A DNA stretch of 43,409 nt from Thiobacillus sp. (GTDB lineage: Bacteria; Pseudomonadota; Gammaproteobacteria; Burkholderiales; Thiobacillaceae). The notes under the pieces are model-generated. The model was not told the DNA's origin, did not search any database, and saw nothing but the letters and a program-made list of their open reading frames with translations. The stretch covers positions 1 to 43,409 of the forward strand of contig JBFHQA010000001.1 in the NCBI GenBank assembly GCA_041592455.1, in the 5' to 3' direction. The translations under genes and the position numbers were made by a program. Shown here piece by piece: positions 18,396 through 26,971 of the stretch. Position 1 is the first letter of the stretch. Each line of letters opens with the position of its first letter.

Positions 18396-18629
18396 ATGCC
18401 CATGACTTTGAACCGGGTGGCTGTGCCCGTGACCGTGAACGAGGAAGCGTGCATCGCCGACAAGGGCTGCACGGTGTGCGTCGAATCCTGCCCGCTCGAT
18501 CTGCTGGCGATCGATCCCGCGAAGCAGAAGGCGTACATGCGATTCGACGAATGCTGGTACTGCCTGCCGTGCGAGAAGGATTGCCCGACCCAGGCAATCC
18601 GCGTCGACATCCCTTACCTGTTGCGTTGA
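18396..18629 (+). CDS. 2x[4Fe-4S] ferredoxin (AprB/AsfB-like)
   Basis: CIADKGCTVCVESCP and CWYCLPCEKDCP; AAGGAG before ATG 18396. Confidence 0.9.
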   Translation: MPMTLNRVAVPVTVNEEACIADKGCTVCVESCPLDLLAIDPAKQKAYMRFDECWYCLPCEKDCPTQAIRVDIPYLLR

Positions 18630-18639
18630 GGAGATTTGC

Positions 18640-19590
18640 ATGATTCCAGCCACCCAATCTCTCGATTTGCGCAACCGCCTGTCGAACAGCGATCCCGAGG
18701 TGCGGCGCATCGCGGTCATGGACCTGCTCGACAGCGACGAGGACGACATCGAACTCTGCCTGCTCGACGCACTGAAGGATGAGGACGCCATGGTGCGGGC
18801 CGAGGCCGCGCGCCTGCTGGAAGGCTACGAAAGTTCCGAGGTCGTCGAAGGGCTGATCGGCGCGCTGGGCGACGCCAGCGAGGAGGTACGCGCTGCCGCA
18901 GCGGTCTCGCTGTCCGAGCTCAAGGAGGCCTCGATGGGCGACGGCCTGCTCGACGCGCTGCCGCGGTCGTCCTCGCCTTTCATGCTGGCCGCGCTGTTTC
19001 GCGCCTTGCGCGAGCTGCGCCGGCCCGAAGCATTCTCGCCAGCACTCGCTGCACTGGCCGCACCGGAGGCGGACGTGCGTTGCGCCGCACTCGGGGTGCT
19101 GGGCTACCTGAAGAACCCGGCTGCGCTTCCCGCAATCGCCCAAGTCGCGGGCAGCGACGCCGACGTCGAGGCCAGGCGCATTGCCATCGGCGCGCTCGGC
19201 TTTGCGACCGAGCTCGACGCGGTCGTGCCGGCCATGAAGCGCGCGCTGACCGACGCGTCGTGGCAGGTGCGCGAGGAAGCCGCCGCCACGCTCGGCAAGC
19301 TGCTGGCCGCGGAGGCGGTCGACGACCTGATGGCCGCGATGGCCGATCCCTACTGGCAGGTTCGGCTCAAGGCCGCCCGCAGTCTGGGGCGAATCAAGGC
19401 GAAACCTGCCTTGCCGGTGCTCATCGAGGCCCTGGGACACGAGATGAGCAACCTGCGCAAGGAGGCGGCGGTCGCGCTCGGCGAAGTCGGAGACGTCGCC
19501 GCGATTCCCGCGCTCGAGCATGCCCTGTCCGACAGCGATCCCGACGTGCGCAAGCTGGCGCGCCTGGCGCTGACTCAACTCACCCAATGA
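18640..19590 (+). CDS. HEAT-repeat (PBS lyase-like) protein
   Basis: Repeated ~31-aa units of the form L.D.d.eVR.eAA.aLG along the whole protein. Confidence 0.9.
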   Translation: MIPATQSLDLRNRLSNSDPEVRRIAVMDLLDSDEDDIELCLLDALKDEDAMVRAEAARLLEGYESSEVVEGLIGALGDASEEVRAAAAVSLSELKEASMGDGLLDALPRSSSPFMLAALFRALRELRRPEAFSPALAALAAPEADVRCAALGVLGYLKNPAALPAIAQVAGSDADVEARRIAIGALGFATELDAVVPAMKRALTDASWQVREEAAATLGKLLAAEAVDDLMAAMADPYWQVRLKAARSLGRIKAKPALPVLIEALGHEMSNLRKEAAVALGEVGDVAAIPALEHALSDSDPDVRKLARLALTQLTQ

Positions 19591-19600
19591 GGAGCATGAA

Positions 19601-19936
19601 ATGGCTTATGTCGTAGCGGAACCCTGCATCAAGTGCAAATACGGCGATTGCGTGCCGGTGTGCCCGGTGGACGCATTCCACGAAGGTCCGAATTTCATGG
19701 TGATCGATCCAGGTGAGTGCATCGACTGCTCGCTGTGCGTCGACGAATGCCCGGCCGGCGCGATCTTCGACGAGGCCAAGCTGCCCGAGGCGTACTCGCA
19801 CTACGTCCAGCTCAACGCCGAGCTGACCCAGGTCTGGCCGCTGGTCAAGGACAAGCCGGAGCCGCTTCCGGACGCCGACGACTGGGTCGATGCGACGGAC
19901 AAGTTTCAGTTTCTCGAAAGGATGGAGGCGGCCTAA
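19601..19936 (+). CDS. fdxA: FdxA / Azotobacter FdI-type low-potential ferredoxin with C-terminal extension
   Basis: CIKCKYGDCVPVCPVD, CIDCSLCVDECP and LNAEL..WP......PLPDADDW tail. Confidence 0.88.
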   Translation: MAYVVAEPCIKCKYGDCVPVCPVDAFHEGPNFMVIDPGECIDCSLCVDECPAGAIFDEAKLPEAYSHYVQLNAELTQVWPLVKDKPEPLPDADDWVDATDKFQFLERMEAA

Positions 19937-20036
19937 CGCCCATGCGCGGTGCGGCCGTCCGGCGTGATGCACCAGGCCGATCCGGTCCGGGCGTTGCGGA
20001 GGGCGGAAACCCCAGACAAAAGCGCAGGGCAGTGCA

Positions 20037-20052
20037 TGGCACAAAGGTTGCA
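20037..20052 (+). promoter_or_regulatory. Second sigma-54 promoter, upstream of the ABC transporter genes
   Basis: TGGCAC-AAAGG-TTGCA with correct GG/GC spacing (GG 20038-39, GC 20050-51), 48 bp before the ATG. Confidence 0.8.
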
Positions 20053-20099
20053 AAGCAAGTGAACGTGGTCCCTTAGTCAAACAGGAAGGAAAGCACAAC

Positions 20100-21560
20100 A
20101 TGAGCAAGATCCCGCAATTCAATCCTCGCAAGTCAGTATTCAGGCAGATGGCAACGGTCCTGGCCTTCATCGGTGCGGCAGGCAGCGCAGGCGCCTTTGC
20201 CGAAACCGTGACGGTCGGCATCGGTACGCAGAACACGACGACCAATACCGTGACCGGCGGCATCGTCATCGAAAAGCTCGGACTGATGAACAAGTATCTC
20301 GCCGAACTCAAGAAGACGCCCAAGTACAAGGACATCGACTTCAAGCTCGACTGGCAGAACTTCACGTCCGGACCGCCCGTGACCAACGGCATGGTCGCGA
20401 ACAAGCTGCAGATCGGGATGATGGGCGACTACCCGCTGCTCGTGAACGGCGCGACCTTCCAGGCCGGGAGCGAGACCAAGAGCGAGCTGATCGCGCTGAT
20501 CGCCTACAACCTCAACGGCGCGGGAAATGGCATGGTCGTGCACAAGGATTCGCCGTACTACGAGCTTTCCGACCTAAAAGGCAAGAAGGTCTCGGTCCCG
20601 TTCGGCTCCGCCGCTCACGGCATGCTCTTGAAGGCGATGGAAGACCGAGGCTGGAAGGACGACTTCTGGGACCTGGCGAGCCAGAGTCCGGAGGTGGGAA
20701 CGACCAACCTGCAGGAACGCAAGATCGACGGCCACGCCGACTTCGTGCCCTTTGCCGAGCTGCTGCCCTACCGCGGATTCGCCCGCAAGATCTTCGACGG
20801 CGTCGAAACCAGGGTGCCGACCTTCCACGGCATCGTCGCGCGCAAGGACTTTTCCGACAAGTATCCCGAGTTCGTGGTGGCCTACCTGAAGGCGCTTCTC
20901 GACGCGAACGACTGGGTGCGCAAGAACCCGGCGCTCGCGGCGACCAAGATCGAGGAATGGACCAAGATCGAGAAGGAAGTCGCCTACATGTTCCTCGGCC
21001 CCAGCGGTGTGCACACGCTCGACCCGACCATCAAGCCGAAGTGGATCGAGACGGTGAAGTACGACCATGGCGTGCTGCAGCGCATGGGTCGCGTGAAGGA
21101 CTTCAATGCCGATATCTGGGGCAACGAGACCTTCATCCGCCAGGCTTTCAAGGAAAAGGGCCTCGACTACGACAAGCAGAAGGCGAGCTACGCCAGCTAC
21201 GAGATCAGCGGTACCGACACGCTGTGCAAGAAGCCGATCAAGACGCCGCGTGAAGGCGGTGAAGTCTGGATCGAGGGCGGCGGCATCACGGCCTACAGCT
21301 CGACCTCGTGCACGCTGGCTGGCGTCAAGAAGGCGCTGTCCGAGGGCAAGAAGATCGGTGTCGCGTTCGTGTTCGACAAGACCACCGGCATCAAGCTGTT
21401 CGCCGACAAGGCCTTCTACGCGCTGAATGCGAAGAACCCGAAACAGATCGAGATCGTGCCCTTCCTGCTGAAGAAGGACGCCGAATCCTGGGCAGCCAAG
21501 CGGGGCGGGCGTCTGGCTTCGTACACCGACGTGCTGGCCGTCGCCAAGGTAGGAGGGTAA
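20100..21560 (+). CDS. ABC transporter substrate-binding protein (SsuA/TauA/NrtA-like, AsfC-like) with extra C-terminal domain
   Basis: Signal peptide ending in AFA; WQNFTSGPP, GMMGDYP and LKGKKVSVPFGSAAH; about 115 extra C-terminal residues. Confidence 0.88.
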   Translation: MSKIPQFNPRKSVFRQMATVLAFIGAAGSAGAFAETVTVGIGTQNTTTNTVTGGIVIEKLGLMNKYLAELKKTPKYKDIDFKLDWQNFTSGPPVTNGMVANKLQIGMMGDYPLLVNGATFQAGSETKSELIALIAYNLNGAGNGMVVHKDSPYYELSDLKGKKVSVPFGSAAHGMLLKAMEDRGWKDDFWDLASQSPEVGTTNLQERKIDGHADFVPFAELLPYRGFARKIFDGVETRVPTFHGIVARKDFSDKYPEFVVAYLKALLDANDWVRKNPALAATKIEEWTKIEKEVAYMFLGPSGVHTLDPTIKPKWIETVKYDHGVLQRMGRVKDFNADIWGNETFIRQAFKEKGLDYDKQKASYASYEISGTDTLCKKPIKTPREGGEVWIEGGGITAYSSTSCTLAGVKKALSEGKKIGVAFVFDKTTGIKLFADKAFYALNAKNPKQIEIVPFLLKKDAESWAAKRGGRLASYTDVLAVAKVGG

Positions 21561-21563
21561 ATC

Positions 21564-22508
21564 ATGCGATCCGCAACCAATCTGAGTATCGTCGCCGGCG
21601 CTGAGGCCGGCGAAGCGGAAGAGCCGAACCTGGCGCTTGCCCCGAGGCCGGCAGCGGAGAAGCCCGCCCCCGAGCCCGCCCGGTCGGTCGAGGTTCCGGC
21701 CCGGCGTGTTGCAGGCTGGTTGCGGAGCGCGCTTCCGAAGGTGCTGATGACGACGATCTCGCTCGGCCTGTTCGTCGCCTTCTGGTACTTCGCCACGCTG
21801 TACAAGCTCGACTTCTATGTCCGCTTCACCAACATCCCGAGCCCTGTCGAGGTGTGGGACAACGCGACCCGGCTCGCGCAGAGCGACAAGTTCTACGAGA
21901 ACATGTACGTGAGCCTGCGCCGGATCCTGATCGGCTTCGGCGTGGCGACCGTGCTGGGCGTCGCGCTGGGGCTGCTGATCGGGCAGTACCGGGCCGCCAG
22001 GGCGCTGTTGTTCCCGTTGTTCGAGACGCTGCGCCCGATTCCGGCGATCGCCTGGGTACCGATGGCGATCATGCTCTGGCCGACCAACGAGACCAGCATC
22101 GTGTTCATCACCTTCCTCGGGTCGTTCTTCCCGATCCTGCTCAACACCATCCACGGCGTGAACAGCGTCGATCCGGTGCTGCTGCGCGCCGCGCGCTGCC
22201 TCGGCACGACGGAGTTCGGGTTGCTGCGGCAGGTCGTCCTGCCGGCGTCGCTGCCACACATCTTCACCGGCCTTGCGATCGGGATGGGCGTGGCATGGGT
22301 GTCGCTGATCGCGGCCGAGATGATTTCGGGTCAGTTCGGCATCGGCTACTTCACCTGGGAAGCGTATTCGCTGATCGAGTACGCCGACATCGCCATCGGC
22401 ATGATCGTGATTGGCGTGCTCGGATTGCTTTGCAGCGGCGGCATCCGCGTGCTCGGCAACGTGCTGATGCCGTGGACCGCAGGTTCGACGCATGGAGGAC
22501 AGAAATGA
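21564..22508 (+). CDS. ABC transporter permease (SsuC/TauC-like)
   Basis: SLRRI..GF, LRPIPAIAWVP, EAA-like loop (LRAARCLG), LPASLPHIFTG and AAEM. Confidence 0.92.
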   Translation: MRSATNLSIVAGAEAGEAEEPNLALAPRPAAEKPAPEPARSVEVPARRVAGWLRSALPKVLMTTISLGLFVAFWYFATLYKLDFYVRFTNIPSPVEVWDNATRLAQSDKFYENMYVSLRRILIGFGVATVLGVALGLLIGQYRAARALLFPLFETLRPIPAIAWVPMAIMLWPTNETSIVFITFLGSFFPILLNTIHGVNSVDPVLLRAARCLGTTEFGLLRQVVLPASLPHIFTGLAIGMGVAWVSLIAAEMISGQFGIGYFTWEAYSLIEYADIAIGMIVIGVLGLLCSGGIRVLGNVLMPWTAGSTHGGQK

Positions 22509-23383
22509 AGACGCAAGACGACAAGCCAGCCGGGGCGACCGGTCATATCAAGGTGGATCACCTGCGCGTGCGCTTCGGCCGCAACGCCGAGGCCGTCGAG
22601 GCCGTCAGCGACGTGTCGATGGAGGTGAAGCCGGGTGAGTTCGTTTCCATCATCGGCCCCTCGGGATGCGGCAAGTCGACGCTGCTCAACGTGGTGGCAG
22701 GCTTCGTCCTGCCGAGCGAGGGGTTGGTGACCATGGACGGCAAGGCAACCGACAAGCCCGGTGCCGACCGCGGCATGGTGTTCCAGCAGTACTCGCTTTT
22801 TCCCTGGCTCACGGTGCGCAAGAACGTGGAGTTCGGGCTCAAGCAGAAGGGGCTGGACGCCAACCGGCGCGAGGAGGCCGCCCGTACGCTGCTTGGGCTG
22901 GCGGGGCTTCTCGCCTTCGAGAACCACTATCCCGAGCAGCTTTCGGGCGGCATGAAGCAGCGCGTGGGCATCGTTCGTGCGCTGGCGACAAGTCCGCAGG
23001 TGCTGTTGATGGACGAGCCGTTCGGCGCGCTCGACGCGCAGACGCGCGTGGTGATGCAGCAGATTCTCACCAACATGTGGCAACGCTTCCGCATCTCGGT
23101 GCTCTTCATCACCCACGACATCGACGAGAGCATCTTCCTGTCGGACCGCGTCTATGTGATGACCGCCCGGCCAGGCCGCATCAAGGCGGAAGTCGAGATT
23201 CCGCTGCCGCGCCCGCGCACCCCTGACATGGCGCTGAGCCCGGAGTACCTGCAGATCAAGCAGCAACTGCGCGACCTGATCGCCGAAGAGAGTCTCAAGG
23301 CGATGGGCGGCGAGCTCAAGGACAGCGGGCTGGCCGGTTTCGACGTCGAGGTCGGTCCCAAGGGCGTCGCAGAACTCGTCTGA
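22505..23383 (+). CDS. ABC transporter ATP-binding protein (SsuB/TauB-like)
   Basis: GPSGCGKST, LSGGMKQR, LLMDEPFGALD and ITHD. True start ATG 22505 overlaps the permease stop (ATGA). Confidence 0.94.
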   Translation: MKTQDDKPAGATGHIKVDHLRVRFGRNAEAVEAVSDVSMEVKPGEFVSIIGPSGCGKSTLLNVVAGFVLPSEGLVTMDGKATDKPGADRGMVFQQYSLFPWLTVRKNVEFGLKQKGLDANRREEAARTLLGLAGLLAFENHYPEQLSGGMKQRVGIVRALATSPQVLLMDEPFGALDAQTRVVMQQILTNMWQRFRISVLFITHDIDESIFLSDRVYVMTARPGRIKAEVEIPLPRPRTPDMALSPEYLQIKQQLRDLIAEESLKAMGGELKDSGLAGFDVEVGPKGVAELV

Positions 23384-23387
23384 CCAC

Positions 23388-23413
23388 TCAGCCGGGAAAC
23401 CGGCCTGATTTTT
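23388..23413 (+). terminator. Probable intrinsic terminator after the ABC ATPase
   Basis: GCCGG-GAAA-CCGGC stem with GNRA loop followed by CTGATTTTT. Confidence 0.55.
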
Positions 23414-23421
23414 CGGCACCA

Positions 23422-23443
23422 CTTGTAATGACATGTCCTGTCA
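23422..23443. promoter_or_regulatory. Second putative GntR operator
   Basis: CTTGTAATGACATGTCCTGTCA matches the reverse complement of 15843-15864 at 17/22 positions and includes an exact TGTAATGACA 10-mer. Confidence 0.65.
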
Positions 23444-23461
23444 AATCGGAAAGGAAACACC

Positions 23462-26400
23462 ATGACGCCGACCCTGGAACTGAATCTTGAAGGCTTCGAT
23501 CACGCCGATTTCTTCCGACCGGAGCGGCTGCCCGATCTCGATCGGCAGTTCGATGCCTGGCTCGTGCGCCGCGACGCCGAACTGCGTGCCCGCTACCAGG
23601 ATTACCGCGGCGGCGCCTCGCTTGCGCGGCCCGAGGAGTCGGAGCTGCTGATCTCGGTTGCCCGCGAACTCGAAGACTTCCTGGTCGCGATGTTCGGCGT
23701 CGCCGCCTCGCGCGACGCGTTGCGGGCTGCGCAGGAACGCGAGGCCGTCGTGCATGCGTTCAAGCGTGAATTCGTCAAGCGCCGCATCCGCAAGAAGCGG
23801 TCCGAGCCGACGCATGGTTTCGACGAACTCGACCGCCAGATCCCTTCATGGCCTGACGCCGACCGCGAGTTGAGCGTGGCACGGTTCTGGGCTGAGGCCG
23901 AGCGCGCGGGCGATGCGTCGCAACTGGCGCTGCTGGAAGCGTGGCTGCATGCCGCGTGCGACAGCGAAGCGGGCAGGGCGGCGACGTCATCCTGGGTCAG
24001 CCTCACGCTGCCGACGGCGACCGATTTCTTCAAGCTGGTGCCGATCGTGCCGGTGGCCGTCGACTCCGCGGGCCGGGTCGAGGGAGCGACAGCCGCGCGC
24101 CGGCGTGACGGATTCGCCCTGACCGACCCGCGGCGCGGCTTGCGCGAAACGATGGACCAGGTCCATTACTGCGTCTACTGTCACGACCACGCGGGCGACG
24201 TCTGCTCGCACGGCTTCCCGGCGAAGGAAGGCGAGGGGTTCCGTGCCAACCCGCTCGACGTCACGCTGTCGGGCTGCCCGCTTGAGGAGCGCATCTCCGA
24301 AGCGCACACGCTCAAGCGTGACGCCTACACGCTAGGCGCGCTGGCCATGATCATGCTCGACAACCCCTTGCTGCCCGCCACCGGGCATCGCATCTGCAAC
24401 GACTGCATGAAGAGCTGCATCTACCAGAAGCAGGATCCGGTCAACATTCCCGAGATCGAGACGCGCATTCTCACCGATGTGCTGGCGTGGCGCTGGGGTT
24501 TCGAACTGTACTTCCTGCTCACGCAGTGGAATCCGCTCAATCGCACGCGTCCCTATCGGCTGCCGTATAACGGTCGCAACACGCTGTGCGTGGGCGCCGG
24601 TCCCGCAGGCTTCAATCTCTCGCATCACCTGCTGCAGGAGGGGTTCGGCGTGGTCATCGCCGACGGACTCAAGATCGAGCCGCTGCCGCCCGAATGGTGC
24701 GATGCCAGTGGGCGCCCGACGTTGCCGGTGGAGAGCGTCGAGACGCTCTGCCAGTCGCTCGACGAACGTGCGTCGTCGGGCTTTGGCGGCGTCGCGGAGT
24801 ACGGGATCACGGTACGCTGGGACAAGAACTTCCTGACCTTGATTCGCCTGGTGCTCGAACGCCAGTCCACGTTCCGCATGTACGGCGGCATCCGCCTGGG
24901 CGGCACCATCACGCTCGAGGACGTGCCGGCGCTCGGCTTCGATCATGTCACGCTCGCAACGGGCGCCGGTCGTCCCACGGTGCTGAAGATGCGCAACAAC
25001 ATGGCACGCGGCATGCGCCAGGCGAGCGATTTCCTGATGGCGCTGCAGCTCACCGGCGCGGCGCGGCGCGACAGCCTCGCCAACCTGCAGGTGCGCCTTC
25101 CGGCGGTCGTGGTCGGCGGAGGGCTCACCGCGATCGATACGGCGACCGAGGTCCAGGCCTACTACGTGCGCCAGGTGGAGAAGGTGCTGTCCCGCTGGGA
25201 GGCGGTCGGCGAAACGGCCGGTGGCGCATTCGACGCGTACGAACGCGACGTGCTGGAAGAGTTTCTTGCGCACGGACGCGCGGTACGCGCGGAACGCGAA
25301 CGCGCGCAGCAAATGGGAGAGGCGCCCGATTTCTCGCGGCTGATTCGCGCCTGGGGCGGCGTGACCGTCGTCTATCGCCGCGCCATGTCCGATTCGCCGG
25401 CCTATCTGCGCAATCACGAAGAGATCGCGAAAGCGCTGGAAGAGGGCATCTACTATGCCGAACGCCTGGAGCCGACCGAAGCCGTGCTCGACCCCAACGG
25501 ACATGTGCAGGCGCTGCGCTGCACGCACGGCGGAAGCGGCGAAACCGTCACCCTGCCAGCACGTGCCGTACTGGTGGCAGCCGGCAGCATTCCCAATACC
25601 GTATACGAGCGCGAGCATCCCGGCACCTTCGAGATGGACGGCAAGTTCTTCGCGGCCTATCGCATCGACGCGCAGACCGGGGAGATGGTCCGCGTGCCGA
25701 CAGCAGGCCACAACAAGGCTGCGCAGCCAGGGTTCTTCACGTCCTATCGTGCCGGCGACCTGCGGGTCTCGTTCGTCGGAGACAACCACCCATGGTACCA
25801 CGGCAGCGTCGTCAAGGCGATGGCGTCGGCCAAGCACGCCGCGCGCGACATTTCGGCGTGGCTGCTGCGGCGCACCGGCAGTCGCGCGCCTGAATCCTTC
25901 GCCCCCTTCGCGGCCGCGCTCGACGATGCGCTGTGCCCCCAGGTAGTGGCCGTCGAGCGCATGGCGCCGCACCTCACAAGCCTGACCGTGCGTGCGCCGC
26001 AGGCCACGCGGCACTGGCTGCCGGGCCAGGTGTACCGGCTGCAGAACTTCGAGCGCCACGCGCAAAGACTGGGCGGACAGACGCTCGCCATGGAGGGCAT
26101 GGCGATCGATGGGGTGCACGTCGACCCGGCGCGCGGCGAGGTGCAGGTGCTCATCAACAGCGTGGGCGTGTCGAGCCGCATTGCAGCGTCGCTCAAGCCG
26201 GGGGCAAGGGTGATCCTGATGGGCCCCACGGGCACCGGATTGCCGGTCCCGGACAACTCGACCGTGACCGTGGCCGGCGGCCATTCAGCTGTGACCAGTA
26301 CCGTCGACGGTGCCGCCATGTGGCGCGCGGCCGGCAACCGCATCGTCTTCATCGGCCACTTTCGCGACGCCGCGCGGGCACGCGCCGTGCAGCGCGCGAT

Positions 26401-26971
26401 CGAGATCCTGACCGATCAGGCGATCTGGGTGCTCGACGAGGGTCCCGCGCTCGTTACACGCCGTCAACAGGATGCCTGCTTCGTTCACGGACTCGATGAT
26501 TTCCTGCTGTCTTGCGCCGAGATGGACGCGCCATTCTCGGAATGGGTGCGGCGTACCGACGAACTGATCCTGTCGGATCACCCGGCCGCGATGGAGACCT
26601 TCCGCGGCATGCTGCGCGGCAAACTCAAACCTCTGCTGAAGCCGGCTTTCAAGGCCACGGCGGCCGTGAATAGCCCGATGCAATGCATGATGAAGGAGGT
26701 CTGCGCCCAGTGCCTGTGCCGGCATGTCGACAGCGCGACCGGCGAGCCGTCGCGGTTCGTGTTCTCGTGCTTCAACCAGCATCAGCCGCTGTTCGATCTC
26801 GATTTCGAAAACCTGCAGGCGCGCCAGGGGCAGAACAGCGTGCAGGAAAAGCTCGCAAACGCCTGGCTCGGCCGCCTGATGGAGCAGGACGCGGTCTCGG
26901 GTGCCGATGCGGTCGCGACGAGCAATGCGGCCGAGCCACTGCAGCGGCTCGACCCGCCCTCAGTCCGTTGA
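23462..26971 (+). CDS. Fused GltD/NfnB-like + FNR/NfnA-like Fe-S flavoprotein oxidoreductase
   Basis: N-part: CVYCH....C, GCP, RICNDCMKSC (GltD-type [4Fe-4S] sites), VGAGPAG, GGGLTAID and YRR. C-part: PGQVYRLQ, MGPTG and PMQCMMKEVCAQC...FSC ([2Fe-2S] motif of PyrK/NfnA). Confidence 0.85.
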   Translation: MTPTLELNLEGFDHADFFRPERLPDLDRQFDAWLVRRDAELRARYQDYRGGASLARPEESELLISVARELEDFLVAMFGVAASRDALRAAQEREAVVHAFKREFVKRRIRKKRSEPTHGFDELDRQIPSWPDADRELSVARFWAEAERAGDASQLALLEAWLHAACDSEAGRAATSSWVSLTLPTATDFFKLVPIVPVAVDSAGRVEGATAARRRDGFALTDPRRGLRETMDQVHYCVYCHDHAGDVCSHGFPAKEGEGFRANPLDVTLSGCPLEERISEAHTLKRDAYTLGALAMIMLDNPLLPATGHRICNDCMKSCIYQKQDPVNIPEIETRILTDVLAWRWGFELYFLLTQWNPLNRTRPYRLPYNGRNTLCVGAGPAGFNLSHHLLQEGFGVVIADGLKIEPLPPEWCDASGRPTLPVESVETLCQSLDERASSGFGGVAEYGITVRWDKNFLTLIRLVLERQSTFRMYGGIRLGGTITLEDVPALGFDHVTLATGAGRPTVLKMRNNMARGMRQASDFLMALQLTGAARRDSLANLQVRLPAVVVGGGLTAIDTATEVQAYYVRQVEKVLSRWEAVGETAGGAFDAYERDVLEEFLAHGRAVRAERERAQQMGEAPDFSRLIRAWGGVTVVYRRAMSDSPAYLRNHEEIAKALEEGIYYAERLEPTEAVLDPNGHVQALRCTHGGSGETVTLPARAVLVAAGSIPNTVYEREHPGTFEMDGKFFAAYRIDAQTGEMVRVPTAGHNKAAQPGFFTSYRAGDLRVSFVGDNHPWYHGSVVKAMASAKHAARDISAWLLRRTGSRAPESFAPFAAALDDALCPQVVAVERMAPHLTSLTVRAPQATRHWLPGQVYRLQNFERHAQRLGGQTLAMEGMAIDGVHVDPARGEVQVLINSVGVSSRIAASLKPGARVILMGPTGTGLPVPDNSTVTVAGGHSAVTSTVDGAAMWRAAGNRIVFIGHFRDAARARAVQRAIEILTDQAIWVLDEGPALVTRRQQDACFVHGLDDFLLSCAEMDAPFSEWVRRTDELILSDHPAAMETFRGMLRGKLKPLLKPAFKATAAVNSPMQCMMKEVCAQCLCRHVDSATGEPSRFVFSCFNQHQPLFDLDFENLQARQGQNSVQEKLANAWLGRLMEQDAVSGADAVATSNAAEPLQRLDPPSVR

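Noticed and set aside
21854-22504. N-terminal extension of the ABC ATPase (509-aa ORF)
   Set aside because: It overlaps the permease in another frame; ATG 22505 has a GGAGG RBS and ATGA coupling.
23462-26971. Glutamate synthase small subunit gltD
   Set aside because: No gltB nearby, and the protein is more than twice the size with a fused FNR/[2Fe-2S] module.
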